Position numbers and translations under genes: made by a program
IMG/VR virus record: IMGVR_UViG_3300042882_001046
Coordinates: 54,269 to 118,268 of that record
Direction: 5' to 3' (one strand)
DNA from: a virus
DNA: 64,000 nucleotides
Shown here: one piece after another, positions 9,622 through 18,536 of the stretch
Layout of the letters: each line of letters starts with the position of its first letter
Numbering within the stretch: position 1 is the first letter of the stretch
The notes under the pieces: model-generated
Databases searched by the model: none
What the model was told of the DNA's origin: nothing
The model's input: only the letters and a program-made list of their open reading frames with translations

Positions 9622-10823
9622 AAAAATTATTAATTGCTATTTTAGCATTAGGATTATTGAGTTGCGAAAAAGATTTAGGTGGTGGAGAAGATGGACCAAT
9701 TAACATTCCAACTTCAACAACACTTTCAGGTAACATCAATACAACAACAACTTTAACTGCAGATAAAGTTTGGACACTAAAAGGTTATGTATACGTAACC
9801 GACGGAGCAAAACTTATTATTCAACCAGGTACGACAATCGTTTCTGACATTGCAGAAAAAGGAGCATTATGTATTGAAAGAGGTGCTCAAATTATTGCAG
9901 AAGGAACCGTAACAAAACCAATTATTTTTACATCTGGTAGAGCGGTTGGAGAAAAATCACCTGGTGATTGGGGTGGTATTGTAATATTGGGTAGAGCAAA
10001 AACCAATAGAACATCAGAACCAACAATCGAAGGTGGTATTGGCAGACCGTTTGGTGGAACAAACGATTTAGATAATAGCGGTATTCTTCGTTATGTAAGA
10101 ATTGAATACGCTGGTATCGCGGCAATGCCGAATTCTGAAATAAATGCATTGACATTAGGTGGTGTTGGTAGTGGAACAATAATTGAATATGTTCAAACAA
10201 TTTACGCTAACGATGATGCATTTGAATTCTTTGGAGGAACTGTATCACCAAGAAACTTATACGCGTTTGCGACCGCAGATGATGATTACGATTTTGACTT
10301 TGGATATAACGGAACCGTAACAAACAGTGTTTCAAAAAGAGACCCTCAATTTGTAGACAACGGAGATGCAGGAAATGGTGTAGAATGTGATAACGATGGA
10401 ACAGGTTCATCATCACAACCTTTTACACATCCTAAATTAAGTGGTATGATTTTAATTGGACCGTTTGATGTGTCATCACTATCAAACCATAATTTAGGGT
10501 TAAGATGGAGACGTGCAACACAGTTTACAATAACAAACTCAAAGATATTAGGTTATCAAAAAGGTTCGTTTTCTATTGAAAGTAATGAAACCGCACAATC
10601 ATATAGAGATGGGGTATCTAAATTTCAAAATAATGAGGTTCAATCGTTTGACCCATTATTAAATTTTAAATCAACCTCAACAGTGTTTACCGCATTACAA
10701 ATGAAAGAAAAATCGTTAAGTGAAGGTAACCTTGAGAAAAATTATACGAGAGCAGAATTAGAAATACTTTCTAAACCAACATGGACTAATGGTTGGACAA
10801 GATTTCCATCAAGAGGAAATTAA
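9618..10823 (+). CDS. Surface lipoprotein, beta-helix-like, TBDR partner
   Basis: Lipobox LLSC followed by EKD; GDWGGIVILG and DNSGILRYVRIEYAG motifs; ATGA overlap with receptor. Confidence 0.8.
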   Translation: MKKLLIAILALGLLSCEKDLGGGEDGPINIPTSTTLSGNINTTTTLTADKVWTLKGYVYVTDGAKLIIQPGTTIVSDIAEKGALCIERGAQIIAEGTVTKPIIFTSGRAVGEKSPGDWGGIVILGRAKTNRTSEPTIEGGIGRPFGGTNDLDNSGILRYVRIEYAGIAAMPNSEINALTLGGVGSGTIIEYVQTIYANDDAFEFFGGTVSPRNLYAFATADDDYDFDFGYNGTVTNSVSKRDPQFVDNGDAGNGVECDNDGTGSSSQPFTHPKLSGMILIGPFDVSSLSNHNLGLRWRRATQFTITNSKILGYQKGSFSIESNETAQSYRDGVSKFQNNEVQSFDPLLNFKSTSTVFTALQMKEKSLSEGNLEKNYTRAELEILSKPTWTNGWTRFPSRGN

Positions 10824-10900
10824 TATTCTTTTAATTAAAATTTTAAGCCCTCACCTATGGTGGGGGTTTTTTATTTTAAATAATTTACTATTATTACGTT

Positions 10901-11248
10901 ATGAGTTTAACAAAAGTATTAATTGCAACTATCATTATGATTTTTGGTCAGATAGGTTCATTTCTGCAATTACAAGGGGCCATCAAATATGGATGGTACG
11001 AAAAATATATGTGGGTGGTTTTACTTTCAAGTATCCCAATAAGTTATTTGTACATTGTAGCCGTTAGAATGTATGTGGAAGGTTTTGGTGGTCAAATTTG
11101 GCCGAGTAGATTGATTGGATTCGCGCTTGGTATCATGGTTTTTACATCTATGTCTTCAATGTTGTTTGGGGAACATATGTCATTAAAAACTGTTGTGTGT
11201 ATATTACTGGCGTTAACAATTGTTGGAATCCAATTGTTTTGGAAGTAA
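10901..11248 (+). CDS. Small 4-TM membrane protein
   Basis: Four hydrophobic segments in 115 aa. Confidence 0.6.
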   Translation: MSLTKVLIATIIMIFGQIGSFLQLQGAIKYGWYEKYMWVVLLSSIPISYLYIVAVRMYVEGFGGQIWPSRLIGFALGIMVFTSMSSMLFGEHMSLKTVVCILLALTIVGIQLFWK

Positions 11249-11263
11249 TTGGTATTTATTGGT

Positions 11264-12748
11264 ATGAAATTCATGTCAATTCTTATATTAGAAGGTAGAA
11301 AAGAAGACCTAAAGAAAAAATACTCAAACAAGTTTGATGAAGAAACATTAAACTGGATTTTGAATATTTCCGACCTTGTAGATTTCAATCACAAATACAC
11401 TGACTTTATTTTAAAGGCTTTAGACCCAAATTCAGATATTGATATGAATGTTGATATTGCCGTTGGGTTAATACAAGATTTTGACAAATATCAATCTCAA
11501 TTAAATAAGAAAGATATTAATCAATATAATACTTTTTCTGAATTAGAAGGAGCTTTATTACCATTCCATGAAAAAGAGAAAGAAAAAGAATTAGAAGGTC
11601 AATCTAAAAAAATCTATGAAAAAGGAGATTTTGTGGTGATTCAACCAAAAACTGAAGAAGCTTCTTGTAAGTATGGCTCAAACACTAAGTGGTGTGTTAC
11701 ATCAAAAGGTTCAGGTCATTTTGGTAGATATACCTCAGGTCGTCAATCGTTATATTTTATTATCAACAAAGCCAAATCCACAAACAAAAATTATTCAAAA
11801 GTTGCAATCCATTTTGATGATGAAGGGTTTATGAGATATTGGGATGCTCAAGATTCACCAATGAGTCAAAGAGAAATTGATGTATTTGAATATGCATTTC
11901 CTGAAATGATTGAGTCAATTAAAAATGACTATAAGGTTTACAAGGGGTCAATGACAGACAGATTTTTGATAGAAACTTTTGATAAAGTGGGTGAGAATTC
12001 TGTTGAAGCTAAAAATTACTTAAATTCTAATTATAATTTAACAACTTATATAAGAGGGTTCCAAAACATCCTCGATTTAGGTTTTGGACATTCCGAAGCC
12101 CGCTTATCAGTTTCTTTAAAATCGGACACAGAAAATAAATTAATTGACGAATATCAAGTTTTTATTACGTACAAAAGTAAAGATGATAGAACGTTCTCTG
12201 CCAGCATAGGGTTTATGGGGAATGATGAGGTTGCGGGTGATGATTTTGAGGACCTTGGTCTTGAAGGGTGGGGAATTGATTCAACATACTATCTTGGTAA
12301 AACCCCCGCAGAAACCGCTGAAGGTGTTAGAAGACACATTGTAACAAGAGTATTAGACCACATTAAAAACAATCCAAAATTACTTCAAAAAGTTGCAGGT
12401 TCTTCAAGAGTTTTTAGGTCTACCTATGGTTACAAATTTGGTAAAAATAAAGGTTGGGTTAAAAAACTTGTTGATTATTTGGATAAAGGAAAGATAGGAA
12501 CAAAACTAGATTTCCTCACAGATATTGGTTATTTAGAAAAAATAACTCAAGACGGTAAAACACAATTTAGAAAAAGTAAACTTGGTTTTCTATATAATCC
12601 TCGAGACTTAAGAGGTCAACATTCTTCATTCTTTGCCGCAGCAAAAAATGCTGGAATTTTAAATTATAGAAAAATAGGAAAAGATTATTTCCTCATCAAA
12701 GGTCCAAATTTTGAGGCCTTCAAAGAAGGTAAGCTCAAGGCTCTTTAG
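11264..12748 (+). CDS. Hypothetical phage protein, paralogous in part to 51082..52098
   Basis: Shared block VIQPKTEEASCKYGSNTKWC...LYFIINK; TATTTATT 3 nt before ATG 11264. Confidence 0.7.
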   Translation: MKFMSILILEGRKEDLKKKYSNKFDEETLNWILNISDLVDFNHKYTDFILKALDPNSDIDMNVDIAVGLIQDFDKYQSQLNKKDINQYNTFSELEGALLPFHEKEKEKELEGQSKKIYEKGDFVVIQPKTEEASCKYGSNTKWCVTSKGSGHFGRYTSGRQSLYFIINKAKSTNKNYSKVAIHFDDEGFMRYWDAQDSPMSQREIDVFEYAFPEMIESIKNDYKVYKGSMTDRFLIETFDKVGENSVEAKNYLNSNYNLTTYIRGFQNILDLGFGHSEARLSVSLKSDTENKLIDEYQVFITYKSKDDRTFSASIGFMGNDEVAGDDFEDLGLEGWGIDSTYYLGKTPAETAEGVRRHIVTRVLDHIKNNPKLLQKVAGSSRVFRSTYGYKFGKNKGWVKKLVDYLDKGKIGTKLDFLTDIGYLEKITQDGKTQFRKSKLGFLYNPRDLRGQHSSFFAAAKNAGILNYRKIGKDYFLIKGPNFEAFKEGKLKAL

Positions 12749-12959
12749 ATAACCTTCGAAAGTAGATATATAATCCAAAAAACAACCCCGCAACACAATA
12801 CAAAACGAAGTTTGCGCTCCATAAACTTCCTGTCAGTAATATTAGGGAGTATTGAACGGCATCGAATCCAAAAGGATTGAAAAATAACGCGAGCATTAAA
12901 AATACCTGTGATAGGTTGTCTTGGAGGCTCCTTCTCCACGTTTTCATTCTTTTCACCAT
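12735..12959 (-). CDS. Small membrane protein
   Basis: Two hydrophobic helices; upstream TATTTATA at 13011-13018. Confidence 0.5.
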   Translation of the reverse strand: MVKRMKTWRRSLQDNLSQVFLMLALFFNPFGFDAVQYSLILLTGSLWSANFVLYCVAGLFFGLYIYFRRLSKEP

Positions 12960-13032
12960 CTTCCATATGTAGGTATTTAAAATTTATGCGAATTCCGCGT
13001 TGTTTTTTATATAAATACATTATCTTTGTGAT

Positions 13033-13485
13033 ATGGAAAAATTTAATGACAAAGAGGCATTCAAAACTTGGGTCAAACAGAAAACTGAGACCAAAGAAGA
13101 GAGATATGCTCGTGTCAAAGAATATTGGAAAACTCGAGGTCCGTTTAAGGATAAAAACGATATTCCACAATTACCAATAGTAGATAAAGAAGAATGGGAA
13201 CAGTTTTATATCCCAAAATTAATTGAGTTGGGTGCAATTCCAAAAAAAGACTTGGTTGTTGGCGAGTATTACATTGGTGACCACAGGTGTACAGGAATTG
13301 CGAGATGGAATGGTGATGTGTTTGAATATTGGAAATGGGAGTTTTTTCCTATGGAAGACGAATGTAACCATTTTGAAGATGATAATGGATTTGCCCTTTT
13401 TGTCCCAATAGGAATTGGGACTAAAGAAGAATTTGATAAATATGGTTATGACGCATGGCTAAAAGAAAAAGAAAAAAAGAATTGA
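13033..13485 (+). CDS. Hypothetical protein
   Basis: 150-aa ORF; TATCTTTG 4 nt before ATG. Confidence 0.7.
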   Translation: MEKFNDKEAFKTWVKQKTETKEERYARVKEYWKTRGPFKDKNDIPQLPIVDKEEWEQFYIPKLIELGAIPKKDLVVGEYYIGDHRCTGIARWNGDVFEYWKWEFFPMEDECNHFEDDNGFALFVPIGIGTKEEFDKYGYDAWLKEKEKKN

Positions 13486-13486
13486 T

Positions 13487-14110
13487 ATGAAAGTTATATT
13501 TTTAGACCATGACGGAGTAATATGCTTATCTACTGAGTGGGGTGGTCGCCATAAAAAACAAAAGGAATGGGGCGGACGAAAATTGTCTATGACAAATAGT
13601 GAAGTCCCTTTAGATTGTAGATTTGATAACTTCAATAAAAAGGCAATCAAAATCTTAAATGAAATCTTAGAAGAAACAGGAGCGGAAATCGTTGTGTCGT
13701 CTGATTGGAAAAGATGGGCAAACGTTGAGGAGATGGGTGAATATTATGAGTCTCAGGGAATCAAAAAGAAACCTATTGCATTTACCCCTAATTTGGGTCA
13801 ATGTACTTGGTACATTGATGCATATCCTGCTGGTTTTATGTGGTCTCGAGCATGGGATTTGGAACAAACTAGAGTTATTGAAATTAAACAATACCTACAT
13901 GACCATCCCGAGATTACTCATTGGGTTTCTATTGATGATTTGAGAATGGGTAAAGAAGGTCTTGACTATAGTATACCTTACGAGCATGAGTGGGGATTAG
14001 ATAATTTTGTTGAGACTCCGAAAAGTACTGAGGGTATCAAACAAACAGGTATTAAAGAAAAAATTATAAAATTTTTAAATAGTGAAATACAGGACAAGAA
14101 GATTAATTAA
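13487..14110 (+). CDS. HAD-superfamily protein (Swiss-Army-knife RNA-repair HAD type)
   Basis: KVIFLDHDGV, IVVSSDWKR, WVSIDD motifs. Confidence 0.75.
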   Translation: MKVIFLDHDGVICLSTEWGGRHKKQKEWGGRKLSMTNSEVPLDCRFDNFNKKAIKILNEILEETGAEIVVSSDWKRWANVEEMGEYYESQGIKKKPIAFTPNLGQCTWYIDAYPAGFMWSRAWDLEQTRVIEIKQYLHDHPEITHWVSIDDLRMGKEGLDYSIPYEHEWGLDNFVETPKSTEGIKQTGIKEKIIKFLNSEIQDKKIN

Positions 14111-14456
14111 ACCAGAAGATTTAAATCCAAGAGGAACCCTATTTGGTGGCAGGGTTCTTCAATGGATTGATGAAGAGTCTGCAATTTATGCAATATGCCA
14201 ATTGAACAGTTCGAACATTGTAACCAAAGCAATGTCTGAAATAAATTTTGTGTCTACAGCAAAAGTTGGTGATGTTATTGAATTTGGATTAGATTTAGTT
14301 AAAATTGGTACTACATCCATTACAATAGCTTGTGATGTTAGAAATAAAAAAACAAAAGATTCTATTATTAAAATTGATGAGATTGTATTTGTGTTATTAG
14401 ACGGAAACGGAAAACCTTACCCTCATGGAAAAACAAGAAAAACTGACGACAATTGA
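14082..14456 (+). CDS. Acyl-CoA thioesterase (hotdog fold)
   Basis: PEDLNPRGTLFGGRVLQWIDE motif. Confidence 0.85.
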   Translation: MKYRTRRLIKPEDLNPRGTLFGGRVLQWIDEESAIYAICQLNSSNIVTKAMSEINFVSTAKVGDVIEFGLDLVKIGTTSITIACDVRNKKTKDSIIKIDEIVFVLLDGNGKPYPHGKTRKTDDN

Positions 14457-14640
14457 CATTAAGAAATTAATCAAAGAAGAAGGTCATATCAGAAAATTTC
14501 ATGGAATCGCCCCTGAAGGGTTTGTTTTAGTTCACGAAAATACATTAGAACAACTAAAGGACATGGATGTATGGTTAGAGTGGAAAATGGAAAAATTATC
14601 TATAGAAGAAATGAATAAAATCAATTTTGATAATAATTAA
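14425..14640 (+). CDS. Hypothetical protein
   Basis: 71-aa ORF overlapping upstream gene end. Confidence 0.5.
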   Translation: MEKQEKLTTIDIKKLIKEEGHIRKFHGIAPEGFVLVHENTLEQLKDMDVWLEWKMEKLSIEEMNKINFDNN

Positions 14641-14683
14641 AAATATACTATATTTGTATTAAAGAAGTTAAATCGTTGAATGT

Positions 14684-14779
14684 ATGTCTTATTTGGATTT
14701 TGAGGTAGAACTCGACCCAAATTGCTCTCAAGATTCTCAGGATGATTGGGACCAACACGGTGACAATTGCACATTTTAA
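14684..14779 (+). CDS. Candidate 31-aa acidic peptide MSYLDFEVELDPNCSQDSQDDWDQHGDNCTF
   Basis: Read by hand; below ORF-track cutoff; downstream of TATATTTG promoter at 14649-14656. Confidence 0.4.
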   Translation: MSYLDFEVELDPNCSQDSQDDWDQHGDNCTF

Positions 14780-14784
14780 CGTAT

Positions 14785-14873
14785 GATGGTCAAGTTGGTG
14801 TAACTGTCTGCAGCAGTGAACGGGTGCTAGCTCCAAGGGTTAATATTCCCACCAACCTCTGACCATCTTTTTT
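14785..14873 (+). ncRNA. Shrunken tRNA-like cloverleaf inside a terminator-like outer stem
   Basis: Outer stem GATGGTCA/TGACCATC then T6; inner GTTGGTG/CACCAAC, ACTG/CAGT and two 3-bp arms with 7-nt loops. Confidence 0.4.
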
Positions 14874-14891
14874 ATTAAAAACAATTTTTTT

Positions 14892-15080
14892 ATGAAAAGA
14901 CTATTAAGACGCGAACACGGAGAGATTGGAGGAGTTTGCGGAGGAATTGGAGATTATTTTAACATTGACGAAACTGTAGTACGAGTTTTGTTTTTAATTG
15001 GAATTTTCACTCCGTTTCCTACGATTTTCACTTATTTTTTACTTTGGATATTCATTCCAAAAGATAGATTAATACCATGA
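14892..15080 (+). CDS. pspC: PspC domain protein
   Basis: IGGVCGGIGDYFNIDETVVRVLF motif. Confidence 0.85.
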   Translation: MKRLLRREHGEIGGVCGGIGDYFNIDETVVRVLFLIGIFTPFPTIFTYFLLWIFIPKDRLIP

Positions 15081-15469
15081 GTAAAGTAATTAAAAACCCA
15101 ACATTATTTGTTGACATAGACGGTACACTAGTTGAGTATCGTAAGTTTAGTGAGTTATCTGAATCAATACTTACCCCAATTCAGGATGTGATTGATTTTG
15201 TTAATAACCACTATGATAATGGTTCAGTTGTTATGATAACAACAGCCAGACCTTCAACCTACGAATTATTTACCAAACAAGAATTAGAAAAGATTGGTGT
15301 AAAATACCATCAATTAATTATGGATTGTGGTAGAGGTACAAGAGTCATTTTGAATGACAAAGACCCTGAAAATCCGATAGACAGAGCGGTTGGGATAAAC
15401 TTAGATAGAAACGGTGGGTTAAAAAATATAACCATACCTGAGAGTGTAAAATCTTATGAGTCAAATTAA
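15077..15469 (+). CDS. HAD-like phosphatase
   Basis: FVDIDGTL and ITTAR motifs. Confidence 0.7.
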   Translation: MSKVIKNPTLFVDIDGTLVEYRKFSELSESILTPIQDVIDFVNNHYDNGSVVMITTARPSTYELFTKQELEKIGVKYHQLIMDCGRGTRVILNDKDPENPIDRAVGINLDRNGGLKNITIPESVKSYESN

Positions 15470-15755
15470 AGTATCTGCTAAGAGACACTTAGCAAAAACA
15501 ATTAGTTATCGTATAATCAGCACATTAATAGGATTTTTAATAATGTGGGCAGTTAGTGGAAGTATAACAGTTGGAGCAGCATTTGGAGTTGCGGAATTAG
15601 TATATAAACCAATTCAGTATTATATTCATGAAAGAATTTGGTATAGATATATAAAATATGGTTTGATTAAGATTAAAGACGAAAAACCAAAAAAAGAAGA
15701 ACAAAAAGAAGAACAAAAAACTAAGAGATTAGTTTATACTAAAAAGGCCAATTAA
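15456..15755 (+). CDS. DUF2061-like membrane protein
   Basis: RHLAKTISYRIIST...YYIHERIW pattern. Confidence 0.7.
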   Translation: MSQIKVSAKRHLAKTISYRIISTLIGFLIMWAVSGSITVGAAFGVAELVYKPIQYYIHERIWYRYIKYGLIKIKDEKPKKEEQKEEQKTKRLVYTKKAN

Positions 15756-15796
15756 TATTGGTCTTTTTTATTTATGTCTATGATATTTATTTCAAT

Positions 15797-17674
15797 ATGA
15801 GCATAGATAAAAAAATCTTAGAAATCTACAATCAGATTACCGAATCACAAAAGTCAATTATAAAAACGATTGGTTTAAATGAAGCCGCTTTGGAAGCTCC
15901 ATTAGATACTGTAAGAGTAAATTCTGGTTTTGGACCAAGATGGGGTAGATTACATAATGGTGTTGATTTAGCTGCGGACGCAGCAAATGTTAAATCTCCT
16001 GCGGATGGTGTTGTTGACATTGCCGCAATCAAAAATGATGATTGTGGAGGTACTATCATGATTAATCATGCTGACGGTTATAAATCAGGGTATTGCCACA
16101 TGCAAAAAATTAATGTAAGAGCAGGTCAAAAAGTTCAAAAAGGTGAAGTAATCGGAATTAGTGGTGGTGGTCCTAATGACCCTGGTAAAGGTAGAAGTGA
16201 TGGTAGACATTTACATTTTACTTTAAGAAAAGATGGTCAAGTTGTTGACCCTATGAATTTTATTGGCAAAGAAGGTATTGTCATGACAGGAAGTACCCCT
16301 GAATCCTCGTCTAAAGCATCAGAAGATGCGTATGATTATGCAACGTCTAAAAATAAATCCACAACAAGTTCATCACCAAAATATGCTGAGGTTGTTGGTA
16401 CAGTAACAAGTGCAGAAGGAATGAACGAAGAAATACAAGAAATTTTAAAACTTTACGATATAATTCTTAAAGAAGCCTCTTCCGCAAGTAGTGAATTATT
16501 TGGTGGTAATAACGTAAAAATACCTGTAGACGGGGCTCACGCAGGTCAATCAGGATGGCAAAGTAATAATGCTTGGGATATTGCGGCACCCGTAGGTACA
16601 CCTGTTTATGCATTAGCCGATGGAGTTGCCCAAACATTTTCAGACTATGGAAGAGAGGTTAGAGCAACCCAAGGAAAAAAACTTTACGGTCAAAGTTTTA
16701 CAGTGAAAAGTGACGGAGGTCTTCCAAGTATTTATTACACACATTTGGAAGGCTCACCTGTAACAAAAGGAGCAACAATCAAGTGCGGTCAATTTTTAGG
16801 TTATATTATGGATTTTCCTAATAGTAGTTACGACCACGTTCACATTGGAGTTGAGACTGGAAACATACGACAGTTTTTGAATGATGATGGTACAATGAAA
16901 TGTGCAAAAGGTCAACAAATTACTGGAGGAGAAATTAGTAATTCTCCTTCTACTGATGACGCATCATCAAAAGCGTATGATTATGCCGTTAGTAAACAAT
17001 CTTCACAAACATCATCAAGTATTCCAAAATATGCAGAAGTTGTTGGGACTGTGACAAGTGCCGAAGGGTTGAATGAGCAGAGAAATTTTGGTAAAAATAT
17101 ATCAAACAGATATGGTAGGGTTATAATTCCAAAAGATGATAATCCAAAAATTAAATCTCCAATATCTGGTGTTATTAACAATAAAAAGTATTTTTCGGGT
17201 TGCGCAAATCAATTAACTATTGAAAATAATGACAACGGAACTGTTTATTTACAATATTGTGGTATATCAAATGTAAAAGTTAGTAATGGTAGGAGAGTAA
17301 ATGTTGGTGATGTATTAGGTACTACTGATTCGGATGTAGAAGCTATTATGTATGATAGTAGGTGGAATAGAATTAATATTCCTTCTAAGGATTTAAAAAT
17401 AGATAAAAAAGAAAAGGATAAAGAAGAAGAGGTAGATAAAACAAGAAAAAGTTCTGACCCTGAGTATTTTGACCCTCTTATGGCATCTATTATGGGTATT
17501 CCAGGTAAATTGTTTCAAGATAAATATGATAAGTCAGGTAACAGAACAGAAAAAAGATATGGTGGTGTTGCCGACAAACAACAAGTAGACCCATGGGTTT
17601 TAAATTTCTTAAAAGACCCATTCAATAGAAAAAAGGTTAATGAAAATATAGAAAAAATTAAAAAGATGTTATAA
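15797..17674 (+). CDS. Multi-domain M23 peptidase (probable virion-associated lysin)
   Basis: M23 domain 1 HNGVD...HM...HLHF; domain 2 WDIAAPVGTPVYA...YYTHL...HVHIG; degenerate third domain; TATTTATT 5 nt before ATG 15797. Confidence 0.85.
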   Translation: MSIDKKILEIYNQITESQKSIIKTIGLNEAALEAPLDTVRVNSGFGPRWGRLHNGVDLAADAANVKSPADGVVDIAAIKNDDCGGTIMINHADGYKSGYCHMQKINVRAGQKVQKGEVIGISGGGPNDPGKGRSDGRHLHFTLRKDGQVVDPMNFIGKEGIVMTGSTPESSSKASEDAYDYATSKNKSTTSSSPKYAEVVGTVTSAEGMNEEIQEILKLYDIILKEASSASSELFGGNNVKIPVDGAHAGQSGWQSNNAWDIAAPVGTPVYALADGVAQTFSDYGREVRATQGKKLYGQSFTVKSDGGLPSIYYTHLEGSPVTKGATIKCGQFLGYIMDFPNSSYDHVHIGVETGNIRQFLNDDGTMKCAKGQQITGGEISNSPSTDDASSKAYDYAVSKQSSQTSSSIPKYAEVVGTVTSAEGLNEQRNFGKNISNRYGRVIIPKDDNPKIKSPISGVINNKKYFSGCANQLTIENNDNGTVYLQYCGISNVKVSNGRRVNVGDVLGTTDSDVEAIMYDSRWNRINIPSKDLKIDKKEKDKEEEVDKTRKSSDPEYFDPLMASIMGIPGKLFQDKYDKSGNRTEKRYGGVADKQQVDPWVLNFLKDPFNRKKVNENIEKIKKML

Positions 17675-17676
17675 TA

Positions 17677-17701
17677 AAAAACCCACCATTAGGTGGGTTT
17701 T
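17677..17701. terminator. Bidirectional intrinsic terminator ending the tRNA region
   Basis: AAAACCCACC-ATTA-GGTGGGTTTT between convergent genes. Confidence 0.8.
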
Positions 17702-17723
17702 GTTTTTAAGGGAAAGTTATAAA

Positions 17724-17915
17724 TTATTTTACTTCTTCTACTTTCTCAACATCAGCTTTAACTGAATCAACTGCCACTGCAGATGAATCAACTTTAACTG
17801 AATCAACAGCTACTGCAGTTGAATCAACCGCTTCTGTAGATTTACCAGTCCCGTTTCCGCAAGATGCTAACATTGTTGTTGCTGCAATTGCAAATAGTGC
17901 TACGATTTTTTTCAT
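17724..17915 (-). CDS. Small Bacteroidota-type lipoprotein with AVDS/KVDS repeats
   Basis: MKKIVALFAIAATTMLASC lipobox; repeated D-S motifs; ATG 17915 preferred to track start. Confidence 0.75.
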   Translation of the reverse strand: MKKIVALFAIAATTMLASCGNGTGKSTEAVDSTAVAVDSVKVDSSAVAVDSVKADVEKVEEVK

Positions 17916-18031
17916 GTTTTTTTGTTTTTTGTTTGTTATGTATTTTATTAACTTATGAACCATAAATATATGAAGAATTATCTTATGTGTCAATTATTTT
18001 AAAAGTTTTTTTTTGTTAAAATTTTGTTATG

Positions 18032-18117
18032 CGGAGAGTGTTGGGCTCGAACCAACGCGGCTGTTACACCCTACCTGTTTAGCAAACAGGCCCCTTCACC
18101 AACTTGGGTAACCCTCC
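18032..18117 (-). tRNA. trnS: tRNA-Ser(GCT)
   Basis: Cloverleaf; anticodon arm CCTGT-TTGCTAA-ACAGG; long variable arm. Confidence 0.93.
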
Positions 18118-18456
18118 TTATTGTAATAATTGTATTAAATAATAAGATAATTTATATCCTGTAAACGCACCAAGAGCTGATGGTAATGGGAAAACAATCA
18201 TTTTACCTAAATCTGTAACGTATTTTGGTCTGTTAACAATCTTACCCATATAAAAGTAATATGTTAAGTACCCTAATAACACCGCTAAATCCGTTCTTGT
18301 TGCAATGAATACAACAATAGTCGCACCAATAAAACCAAAAGTAAAATTATCTCTAACTCCTTCCCAAATTTCAAATGTGGTAGCCTCTTTGTACTCTTTA
18401 ACAATTTTTTTAAACTTTGTTCTGTTTGTCTGTTTTTTTTTAATTTGTGATTCCAT
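18118..18456 (-). CDS. Membrane protein inside the tRNA array
   Basis: 112-aa ORF with hydrophobic helices filling the gap between two tRNAs. Confidence 0.65.
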   Translation of the reverse strand: MESQIKKKQTNRTKFKKIVKEYKEATTFEIWEGVRDNFTFGFIGATIVVFIATRTDLAVLLGYLTYYFYMGKIVNRPKYVTDLGKMIVFPLPSALGAFTGYKLSYYLIQLLQ

Positions 18457-18457
18457 G

Positions 18458-18531
18458 TTGGAATAGATGGATTCGAACCATCGACATCTACCGTATCAGG
18501 ATAGCGCTCTAACCAACTGAGCTATATTCCA
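18458..18531 (-). tRNA. trnI: tRNA-Ile(GAT)
   Basis: Cloverleaf; CTATC-CTGATAC-GGTAG. Confidence 0.92.
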
Positions 18532-18536
18532 ATGTG

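Noticed and set aside
12745-13180. Track ORFs 12745..13170 (-) and 12908..13180 (+)
   Set aside because: They span the divergent promoter region and conflict with 12735..12959 and 13033..13485, which have motif-supported starts.
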